Shown here: positions 54,389 through 64,000 of the stretch, in pieces
How the letters are laid out: each line of letters starts with the position of its first letter
Numbering within the stretch: position 1 is the first letter of the stretch
Assembly: GCA_010405405.1 (NCBI GenBank)
Contig: MU004247.1
Coordinates: 124,001 to 188,000 of the forward strand
DNA length: 64,000 nt
Origin: Microthyrium microscopicum
Taxonomy: Eukaryota
Direction of reading: 5' to 3'
The notes under the pieces: generated by a model
The model's input: the letters and a program-made list of their open reading frames with translations, nothing else
What the model was told of the DNA's origin: nothing
Databases searched by the model: none
Translations under genes and position numbers: made by a program

Positions 54389-55108
54389 TTAAAAGCCTGG
54401 GTTGACACCTTCATGATGCGGATTTTCCTGATACGCAACAAGTAAACACCAAGGCCATGAAACTTTAGGAGCTTTGACAGGATTGGTGACTGCTTGGGCA
54501 ACGATGGCATCGCCCAAGACTTTCTCAATACTCAATCGAGGAGTTGTCTCCTCAATGCTGGAGCAAAGCTCCACTTGCTCCGTCTCATCCGCATGCTTAT
54601 GGGGATGTCCAAAATCAAGTTTGACAGCAAGCCGCAGGCAGAGCGCTATGGGTGATATTCTCTCCGCAATGCCGGGAGATGTATGCAGTGAGATAGCTTG
54701 CCAGACGTACTCCATATCGCTCTTAATTGAGTCATACTTTTGCATAAAGTACACAGCGGCGTCGGCGCCCTCGACTTCGAAGCGCTGATCCTCATTGTGC
54801 TCAGCGGTGGCTCCTATGTCATGAAACATGGATGCAATATAGATCAGATGTGGCGCTGGGGCTTCAGTATCGTCGCGGAACGCGCAATGCTAACTTGGAA
54901 AAGTGAGATCTGATATCCGCTGAGCATGGATGTAGACTCGCGTAGAATGGTTGAGGATGGCCAACGGCAGATGAGCTTTGGCTACTGCGAATGCTTCAGC
55001 GCATAGCTTGTTGCTTCTGATTTCTTGCAGCTGAGTCTTGGTTATCCATGGCTGAAGAAGTTCCACATGAGCCTCGAAGGATTGAGATGATTTGGAATTG
55101 CTGGCCAT
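54389..55108 (-). pseudogene. HD-domain hydrolase of the cyanamide hydratase/Ddi2-like group with in-frame TAG at 54890-54892
   Basis: NHSTRVY, FHDIG, RFEVEGADAA and WQAISLHT are all in one frame, with the single stop FPS*. Confidence 0.7.
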
Positions 55109-55861
55109 GACAAGATATGTGATTGTACAGAATCATGAAGTGCAGTAAGAGTTACAAGCTTTAGATGGTACTGGCAAGGCTTAAAATTATCCTAGCTTCC
55201 GGAGCGGGCCGGACAGGCCTTTTTTAGGCTAGCCAAAAGAGGAATGGCCACTGACAGAAGTTAGTCAACCTTTCGAAGTCGCAACTTCATCTTTTACTTC
55301 TATCGGTTCCGGAACCAAAATCATTCTAATCAGCAAGCAATAAACTGTCCTGTAGTCTTCAAGAAGTCAATAATTCTCAATCTTACTTCCGATCTTGTTG
55401 TTCATCGTCCCCATCTATTGATCTCGAGCGGCAACCTCTGGGTAGAGCAGCAAAGACGAGAGGAAGCAGACAGACAAAGAATAGTGGAAAGCTGGCACGC
55501 TTTTTACAGTTCTAAGTCGGAAGGGAAACAGAATCTTGCACCTTACGGAGTACAGCCTGCGTGTCAAGATTAACGAATGTGATGAAGGTCATTATTTTGA
55601 CCCAGAAATCTTAACTGCTCCTCGACGTTCATACTGCTGATGTGCAAGTGCTCCTAATTGTCAAGATCCTCTCACGCTGGGACGCCTTTTGAATCTTTGC
55701 CGCGCAATCCTGGGCTCGAGTATATTTTCCTTTTGCTCCTTGCCTTGAAATCCTCAATCTGATGGTCAACGTAGCTAGCAGTCAGAACCATTCCTTCTCC
55801 GGATTCCTTGCTGATTTGCAAGTCGCCATTTTCTGTACGGTTCATATTGCCTTTGACTACA

Positions 55862-57706
55862 ATGGAATACGACGAAAGTGCCAAGGTCAACAAGAAGATC
55901 ACGGATTTCTGGCCAGAATTTATAGCAAATCAACCGTTTATCCTGGACCGGGCATACTTTGCTTTAGACTACGTCGTAGAGCCTCGTCAAATGGTGATCA
56001 ACCCGTGGAACCTAAAGATCAATGCATATAGATGGTATGATGAACTGGAACTGCGAAAGCGACAGAAGGAAAGATTTGGTCTCTCAGATGTTGAGAAGAA
56101 CTGGTGGAAGAAGCCTGCCAGCAATGGGTGGAAGAATCTACAAGAGCACCCTCGACCGTACTTCCATCCAACGATTCCATCACCTCCCATCAATCTACGG
56201 CAATCTCACTTAAGTAAAGGGGGCATCGACGGGAAGCTTTGTCTCGTGGAATTACGTTCTCCTTTACGACCCCCTCAAGATTCATCACTCTTGAAACTAC
56301 CACAAGAAGTGCTGAACATGATTATTCATTGGACCGTAATCAGATCACCGGAACAAAAGGTTCCCTACCAGGATACGGGGTCTGAATGTGACTTGTGCCC
56401 TCACTACGATCTCCAGGCCATCAAACGGCTTGTTGAAGTCAGCCATCAGCTTTGGCAATCTGCTCGGTAGGATCTCCATATACACAACTTTCCATACGTC
56501 TGTTTTGAACTGACGAGCTTTAGGCCATTCCTGTATCATAAACTACAGATAGACATCAGAGTTGCCCCTGTCTCGCAATATCTCATGAGGCAGACACATC
56601 ACCGCCTATTTTGCAAAGAATCACAGCTTCTTAGAATCCAAGCAGCTCGTGGACTCTGCCGTATGTTGCATTTTGTAGCTGATGACGAGTTCATAAATGA
56701 AAAGGGCAACTGGACTAAAGGCGATATGCGAATGATCGACCACATGCAGAAAGCACTTGGCTCAGTTCGATGCGTCGATATCGAGCACGATGTCGATTTG
56801 CACCACAACGAGGACCGCGACGACGACCACGTATACGACAGGAACGGCCCCTGTAGAGCAGCAATTCTAGAAACGCTGTCAAACATGCCACGAGTGCAAC
56901 ATCTTGGTGATTTTGCGCATATTGAGCGGTACCAAGTAAAGTGGACAGAGCAGCACCGACTGCAAATATTCACAAGCCTAAAACGTCTTGAATCCATCAG
57001 GATGCAGGACAGTTCAGTTGAGAGCATACGCTTGATGACGAAGCCACATCAGCAATGGCTCACCAATCTGGACATTCGCTCTCCAGCTGGCATGCTTACA
57101 GGTCGTCGTGCCCATGCCTGGGAAGAGGAGACCTGGCTTCAGCCCCCATGGCTGCCGAATTTAAAGATCTGTAAACTGAAATATTGGGACGTCGTGACTA
57201 CAGAACCAGCTGGCCTAGTGAAAGGACTCCTAGGCCCTTCGACACACACTGTCATACTCGATTGCTCACTGGCATTTCCATTCCCTCTACCTTGGTACAA
57301 TGTGGAATCATCTCTACGCGACTTCTTGGTTGAAACGGCAAAGAACTCGGGCCTCCGGAAATTTGTGATTGAGAACGCTTACTCTGCCTTCATTCACAAA
57401 GGCACTGATTCATTTGAGTTCGACAAGAACGAAACCGTCTGCTATTTTTTGGAAGAACTGGTACACGAAGACCCAGGGCAGCCACTATTTCTCAGCAGCT
57501 ATGAGAAATGTGAGAACCCGCTGAATGCGCTGGAGCGAGTTAAGGAGGTCGCTAAAAGCATAAGTGTAAACTGTGAATTAGATCTTGTTTGGTGGAATGA
57601 CGAAGACTGGAAAATGTTGAGGAACGAGATATGGTGGGAGCTCATTGACATCGCGAACAACGAAGACGCCGTGATTAGGTTTCAAGATTCGGGCGAGTAC
57701 ACATGA
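55862..57706 (+). CDS. F-box protein with LRR-like C-terminus (intron 56467-56523)
   Basis: LLKLPQEVLNMII...LVEVSHQLWQSAR|PFLY. A GTAGGA...CTGAC...TAG intron removes the apparent stop. Confidence 0.75.
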
Positions 57707-58257
57707 TTCCCGTAGTATAACCTCAAGGAAAGGCAGGTAGAATTAAGAATTTGATGATACAAGCTTTTACTCTTATGATACAAGCTTCGAATTTGATGTA
57801 GGGAGGTCGGAATTCGTTGCACACAGCACAACCGACGCACAACTTCTTCTTCGCGCTTGCCGATTGCGCTGTCTACAAGACAATTGTTTGTTGCTCAGAT
57901 ACTGAAGTCTAAGAAGATGAAGAGTTATGTAGAAGAAAGTATGCAAGTAAATAACGAGTTCCAAGAGATCTCAACGCGGCACTTTATTGATCCGTGTTAT
58001 TCTCGCAGCCTTGAGATGCCGGTAGACCCTAGAAAGGTCAACCACCACCTCTATCACCACTTACCAGGGACCCAACTCCATCCTCAACCATCCCCATAGA
58101 CGCGCATAACCTCCCATCTCTCCGCTCATGACGTGAAGCCGTCCTCCATGTCTTGCGCCCGGCAATCCTCAGGCGGGGCGCTCAACCACCACCAAAATCA
58201 CCAAAACAACACGCGCCGCTCTTCCTATACGTCATTCTCGGCAATCGACAACTCACG

Positions 58258-59478
58258 ATGCTATCACGCAACGATCCACGCTTCCGTCGCGCTCTCGACC
58301 AAATCTCCCACAACATCGAGGCCGCCAATGAACGCACGCAGGAAAACCTTTACTCCTTCAGCCAACACTACCTAACCCCCTGTCTCGGCTCGATCGCAAA
58401 CTGCATCCATGATAGCACAGCGCAATGCTGCACAACAGATGAAGAGCGGCGGCGGAGAGCGAGGGTTAGAGCGCGCGCTAGGGGGCGCGTGGAGTATAGT
58501 TTTGACTTTTATGATGATTGGGAGGACGAGGAGACGGATGCGCTGCTTGGTGTAGAGCCGGAACCGATAACGACGGGTGCGCCGCGGCAACCAGCGCGAG
58601 AGCGACCGATGGATTATGGCGGGACAAGACAGAAGAGTCATCGGAAGCCGATAGTCGCGGCAGAGGAGCAGGAGGGCACGCTGAATATTCCGTCATCGTC
58701 GTATTTTGGATTTCTGGATAAGTTGCCGTGGAAGATTGGGGCGAAAGGTTTGAAATATCGGCCATCTGTTGCGGATTTGCAGGATAATCCTGGCTCAAGA
58801 GCATTCCCTTTGACTGAAGAGGAGGAACCATTGCTGGAGGATGAGGAGCCGGAGACGTCACATATTGTTACCAAGACTCATAAGAGGAGTCGTAGTGATA
58901 CGCAGGGGTCTGGAAATACCTCGGATTCATTCAGTTCACGCGGTGATATTTTCCCTAGTGACGATGAGATGGCAGACGCAGTACCTTTGGACGACGAGTT
59001 CGCATTACAACTCGAACGGCGCTCTACTGGGCAAGGACTAGACGACGAGTCGCGTGGGAAGTCTCACGCGCAAAAACGTTCTGCATCATACATATCTATA
59101 CAAACCACATCATCACGAGAGAGCAACAAGTCGAAGAATACGCATCGCTCAAAAGCCCATGAAGTGACTCTACCGTCCATGTCAGACAGCGAGTTCACTA
59201 AAGAAGTCATCACACTTTCAGGACCATCCAGATCGCGAGCAAGGCCCATCGATGGGAAAAGAAGCGTATCTGGAACATCGTCACCCACCATGCAGGAGGT
59301 TTTATCGAATTCGCCGACTTCTACATCTGGCAGCATCAAACTACCACCCACAATACCCCGATCGTCCGCACCACTTCCTCCTGATACTTTAGAAAGACCA
59401 CCATCTCCACCTCCAATATCACAAGCATCGACGGTCCAGGAAGGTTTCAATGCTTCGAGATTACCCCATTTTGTGTAA
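58258..59478 (+). CDS. Conserved-looking fungal hypothetical protein
   Basis: Long ORF with FDFYDDW, LKYRPSVADLQ and DSFSSRGDIFPSDDE..DAVPLDDEFA blocks. Confidence 0.75.
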   Translation: MLSRNDPRFRRALDQISHNIEAANERTQENLYSFSQHYLTPCLGSIANCIHDSTAQCCTTDEERRRRARVRARARGRVEYSFDFYDDWEDEETDALLGVEPEPITTGAPRQPARERPMDYGGTRQKSHRKPIVAAEEQEGTLNIPSSSYFGFLDKLPWKIGAKGLKYRPSVADLQDNPGSRAFPLTEEEEPLLEDEEPETSHIVTKTHKRSRSDTQGSGNTSDSFSSRGDIFPSDDEMADAVPLDDEFALQLERRSTGQGLDDESRGKSHAQKRSASYISIQTTSSRESNKSKNTHRSKAHEVTLPSMSDSEFTKEVITLSGPSRSRARPIDGKRSVSGTSSPTMQEVLSNSPTSTSGSIKLPPTIPRSSAPLPPDTLERPPSPPPISQASTVQEGFNASRLPHFV

Positions 59479-59877
59479 TTCTAATCACGCAATCTACTTC
59501 ACGCATAATGTTATGGCTCTTCTGTGTATCATGTACCGCTAGACTTTGACAAGGCGCAAATGCATTGGGACGCAGGATCGTTGATCATTTTTTGGTACTT
59601 TATTGTACCCTGTATATATCTGTTTCTTTGATCAACACTTGCCGGGAGATCTAGCAGCAATTAACAAAGATATCTGCTGTTTAAATGCCACCACATGGTA
59701 TAACTTTCCCGATGCGCGGAGAAATTGTTAGCTAAACCGTATGGATTCTAATCAAAGATAATCCACGACGTGCCGCCACCGATCCACCTGAATTTGAATC
59801 GCTAAATAGGGTATCATATGCACATTCCGCCATCAGCTTATCCCATCTCCTTCCCTCCATCCCTGCCTACTATTCTC

Positions 59878-60718
59878 TCAGAACCTAATTTTGGGCCCAA
59901 CAAAAACCAACAAAAACGCAGCAACCCACAACACTCCAACGATCGCATAAAGCTTCATTCTACCCAACCATCCCTTCCCCTCCGTCATCCTCCTCAGCGT
60001 ACTCATCTTTTCACCCGCACTCTCCATGCCATCCGTATTTTTCTCCAGACCCTGCGCCGCCCGCTCAAGAATCTTCTTCTCCGAGAGTATGCTACCGTGG
60101 AAAGATGACGCGGAGCTTTTGAGTTCGCGCGTCAACGCCAGTAACGACGCTGTAATAGCGTCCTGCTCATTACGATCCGTTGAGAGTTTTGCATCCCGGT
60201 CTGCTGGATCCGGTGTAGCCGGTCTACCACGATGGCGGAGCGTTGATTGCGGTTGTTCGGAGGCGGCCGGTGGGATAGGATTGGTATTGTAGGCTGGTGC
60301 ATAGGATGGCGGTGGAGAGGATTGTTCAGACTCGCTTTCAGAGTCATCGCTGTCTGACTCGGGGGGTATGGCGTCAAGCTCTTGGATACGCGATTGCAGT
60401 TTTTTGGTGAGGTCGCGTTTGGATCGGAGGTCGGTTTGAATTGCTTGTTTACGGGAGGCAATTTTGATGCCGGCGGATTCGTGTTCTAGGCGGAGGAGGA
60501 GGGCGCGGGCGTGCTCGAAGTTCTGTAATGGGTAAGATTATGGTTGAAAAAAACAACTGGCATCATACCGTTTTGAATTTCTGGCGCTCATAGGGTGATT
60601 TCAGGAGTGTTTCGGTGTCTGGGGAGGAGAGGGTGCGGTCAAGATGAGAGAGGAGCTTGGTGAGGTTTTTGAGAGCTTGGTCGGATCCGGGTCGCTCGAA
60701 GGCGAGTATTGGTGGCAT
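59878..60718 (-). CDS. USE1: ER SNARE Use1-like (intron 60523-60568)
   Basis: N-terminal helical domain, SNARE heptads, C-terminal TM helix ending FVGPKIRF. Confidence 0.75.
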
Positions 60719-61615
60719 CTTGATAGATTGGCTTTGTTACTTCATGAAGATTGGGTGTTAAAGGGTTGGTATTGCGCGGTATGAGTGTACAGTTGCTTTG
60801 GCTTCCTACGGAGTGAATATGAAGTTGTCTACATTTCTAGTTCGCGATGTCTAGGTACTTTCATCATTGGTCTGTGCATTTGATGGTAAGCAAGGTTCGA
60901 CCCTGCAAGCGCCAATTGATAAGTGTTATGCCAAGCTTTTCAGCCTGATGGTTAGGACTATAGGAGTTGTCCTTGAGTCGCGGCCTCCAGATTTAAAAAT
61001 TGTTTTTGGCCTCTTGACTTGTGCGATATGTGAAGACATAGTTAGCGTAGTAGCATAATATGCGGATTTGTGGATATGCGGAGTTGCGCATTTCACCAAT
61101 GAGTATCACTGCGGTCAAACGGTTATTACCAATGAGGTTGAAATGATAACTGAGTGCCTAGTCTTGCGAATCACAACTGGTACCGCGGCACTTGCTAACA
61201 TGCTTACAACATGTCGCAACCAAGGAAGATTTTTGCCAGTCCAAGCATCTACTGCATCTTCCTAGAAGCCTAGAATTATGGAATAGTCGAGGATATTAAG
61301 GCACATTTTGAGTTGCATTTGATTAGCTTTTGGCAGACTGCACAAGAATAAACACAATCGCTAGTAATAGCTCCACTGGTGGTCGCAATGAATCTGTGTA
61401 TGAGAAACCTGCCAAGATCAAGTTCAAGCGAGCGACGATAGAGTAACTAAAGCGTCTCGAAGAAGAGGAAGAGCCACTAGGTACAGAGAAGAATTCATGT
61501 GGCTAGGCTTTGGACGTTTATAATAGAGACAAATTAAAACGGTCCCTGATGACTTAGATACATCATGCCGCCCTGAGATTCCAACAAACTTCAAGGCTTA
61601 GATGCCAAACAAAGA

Positions 61616-62029
61616 TCAGTGATTCCAATGGTCAGCAGGCTGCCAGCCAGGCTGGCGAGGTAAGGGTGTGCCACGTCCGGCTAGCCAGAGCTGCGTTCGG
61701 AGCTGACCTCCTGGACTACCGGCTCGAACTCCAATCTGAATAGGCTGTCCAATTCTTGGACTGCCGGGATCTTTATGGACTACGATATAGTTTTGATACG
61801 GTCTGTTATAGGTAAACATCGATGTTGGTTAATTGGGCGTTCATGTCAATAACCTTCCAGGAGACCCAATCCCACCAAATCTTGATCCATTGACAGTGGC
61901 TTCTGAAATAGGCTGGTTCACGACTAGTATATATGTGCCTGCGCCGCGGCATGCCAGGGTGATGGTTGTGCCTGCGGAAGGTCCTGTTTGATAGACGCGT
62001 TCACTCGCAAGACGGCCTGGGGGAGACAT
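61616..62029 (-). CDS. Small Gly/Pro-rich orphan protein, about 120 aa (intron about 61803-61853)
   Basis: AAAATG start. A GTTATT...TTAAC...ACAG intron joins the two listed ORFs in frame. Confidence 0.5.
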
Positions 62030-63253
62030 TTTTGAGACGATAGGGGCTGATAATGTGGATGAAGAGGCTGCAATTAGGTGGTAAGGATATTTGGTTTGAC
62101 GGAGCCTTCGAAAGACCTGAAAAGATGAACTGAGTAACAGCCACTATAGATTTCTGAACTGCGAAAGGAGATCTCTCAGCATTTATAGAAGGTTTCACAC
62201 CAGCTAGCTACAACTCTGGGGATTTTTCTCCCTGATTGAACCTGGTGCCACGTACTTTCTGCGCTAAAGCGCACTCTGAACCAATCTCATCCCTTAGATA
62301 CCAATGTGATGCTCTCAGCGAGAACTTCCAGGCCTCGTAGTATGCATGCACACGCTAAATCCAACCCCCGATACCGTTATACCTCGTATTTCGCGGGCCT
62401 AAAGTTTAAACAGCCTTATGAGATTGGTTAAGCAGTCAAGCTAAAGCTTACATGCTTTAGCTCAATTCTAGCTCAACTTAGTTGCAGAAGCGACAGCTTT
62501 CCTCACTAGCGTGACTTCAGCCTGATCAACGGTCTGATAACAGCGTTGTCAACGCTGACAACGATTGATGTAGACTGTGTATGTAGATATCAGGCCACAT
62601 GATATTCTCTTATCTTATACTACGCAGGGTTATTCCAGGCTGTGGGATCCGATAATAGATTCAGGAATATGGAAGCTGACCTGAAGAGATTGACGGGAGC
62701 ATATCTTCGCAGTCAAACGCCGGATTTGGTCCTGCGTGACGATATGCAATTCATGCAGAGTAGTGGTTGGTCAATTTTGATGCACCTGTTCAATCAAATC
62801 ACTGCCGCGAGAAACTTGTGGACTGAAGACTAAGATTATGCCTCATCTATTCCCAATAACTTGACACACTGATTCATAATATCACTGGCATTATAGAAGA
62901 CTGCAGCCCAGTCAGCTTGACTAGAGTAGAACTATAACCAAGTCGCCACTCCTTCGTCATGCTTGCCAATGTCTTATGACCCTTGAGCTTTCGAACGCTT
63001 CAATGCTGCTATTCATATATGGCGGCTTTGAGATTGTGAGCTCGGGTGGCTAAGTATCCATGCGATGAGAACGGCTCAGGCTGGAGAGTCTTTGTTGTAT
63101 TCAAAGCCTGTGATTTTGATCTGTATGCTATGCTAATTATGTAAACAAAAATATACAACTCATCGCTTTTTTATCAACAGGCAAATGCAGAAAGCAATGA
63201 CCATCAAGAGGTCGGGTATCATACAAACTTTCACACAATCCAAACTCGATCCC

Positions 63254-64000
63254 TCAAAAAGCGAGTTGATCAAGCCACTCGTTCATGTAAACACATGTAT
63301 CCGGGTTGACCTTTCCACCAATCCGACAATCCTTCGCTACCGGACATCTACCACAAGGCGACTGCGTGAATCCATTTCCGGGTCCAAACCCGCTCTCGTC
63401 AGGTTCAACTGCTCCAATGAAGTTCAATATCCTAAGATCCCGCGATCCAGGCTCCTGCCAGACCGTTCGAACTGCCCGATATCGTCCAGGAGCCATGGCT
63501 TCAACTCGGTCATCATATACCAGCTGAGCGACGAGTTTCTTGATATCTTGAAGGCCCAACTCCATGTCCTTGATAAAGTCTGCTTGAATAATGGCCTTTC
63601 TGATATCGTCACAGGTTGGATAGTCTTCAAAGTCGGCAGACTGAGGAACGAATGGATTGCCATTTGGTGCAATGGGCTGTCGGAAGAGTGGTGGGTCCGG
63701 CTTGATCTGGTCTGTCTCTTTCTCTGTGCTCTCGGCTGGCTCTTTGCCTTTGCCCGTAGTAGGTGCTTTGCCTTTGCCTTTGATGACTTTGACTGGCTTT
63801 TCGACTTTTGGTGGTTTGACTGCTACCCAGGTTTTTGCCTGGAGGTAATCGACAATGAACTTTCCAACTTCAAGTACTAAACCGTCATCGAGTTCGCCTT
63901 CTGTGTAAAACGTTCCACCTGTGCTTTCTTCATTTGGTTCCAGGTTGTAGAGAATGTACATGCGCTTAGCAGCATTTTTCGAAGTTTTGAATTCCTTAAT
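63254..64000 (-). CDS. RPC34: RNA polymerase III subunit C34, 3' part
   Basis: YILYNLEP..E.TGG.FY.EGELD and the C-terminal Fe-S motif PCGRCPV..DC...G.VNP..C.YM.EWL. Confidence 0.93.
   Translation of the reverse strand: MKEFKTSKNAAKRMYILYNLEPNEESTGGTFYTEGELDDGLVLEVGKFIVDYLQAKTWVAVKPPKVEKPVKVIKGKGKAPTTGKGKEPAESTEKETDQIKPDPPLFRQPIAPNGNPFVPQSADFEDYPTCDDIRKAIIQADFIKDMELGLQDIKKLVAQLVYDDRVEAMAPGRYRAVRTVWQEPGSRDLRILNFIGAVEPDESGFGPGNGFTQSPCGRCPVAKDCRIGGKVNPDTCVYMNEWLDQLAF

Noticed and set aside
56468..56470. In-frame TAG in the F-box gene as readthrough or pseudogene
   Set aside because: It falls inside a canonical 57-nt intron (56467-56523) whose removal gives ARPFLY.
63185..63880. 231-aa plus-strand ORF
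   Set aside because: Antisense shadow of RPC34.

Overview
Fungal (Pezizomycotina, probably Dothideomycete; taxon is inference) chromosomal window with a two-speed layout. 1-12.6 kb and 14.9-23.7 kb are AT-rich, RIP-destroyed repeats. They hold two colinear copies of one Ty3/Gypsy chromovirus (one full-length, with 268-bp LTRs and a GCCTT target-site duplication), a second Gypsy element interrupted by the first, a TA-flanked MITE, tandem repeats and a hAT-like terminus. A 2.3-kb GC island between the blocks carries an F-box-like gene with a stop at codon 5. From 24 kb on there are spliced core genes (PRO1, ATP23, ARO4-type DAHP synthase, inositol monophosphatase, NNT1/EFM7, SulP sulfate permease, mitochondrial TRM61-like, IRE1, USE1-like, RPC34). 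These are interleaved with accessory genes (Clr5-TPR, patatin-C2H2, HD hydrolase with an in-frame TAG, F-box, orphans) and an intact Mutator-type MITE with a 9-bp TSD. The most unusual signal is in IRE1. Its two introns are about 8-9 times longer than most other introns here, bracket the kinase exon, and share about 10 copies of a 19-nt hairpin unit (CCCATCGCATTCGATGGCT) with compensatory and G-U-preserving changes. The IRE1 leader also has an overlapping out-of-frame uORF. Gene identities come from motif recognition by eye; no database search was run.
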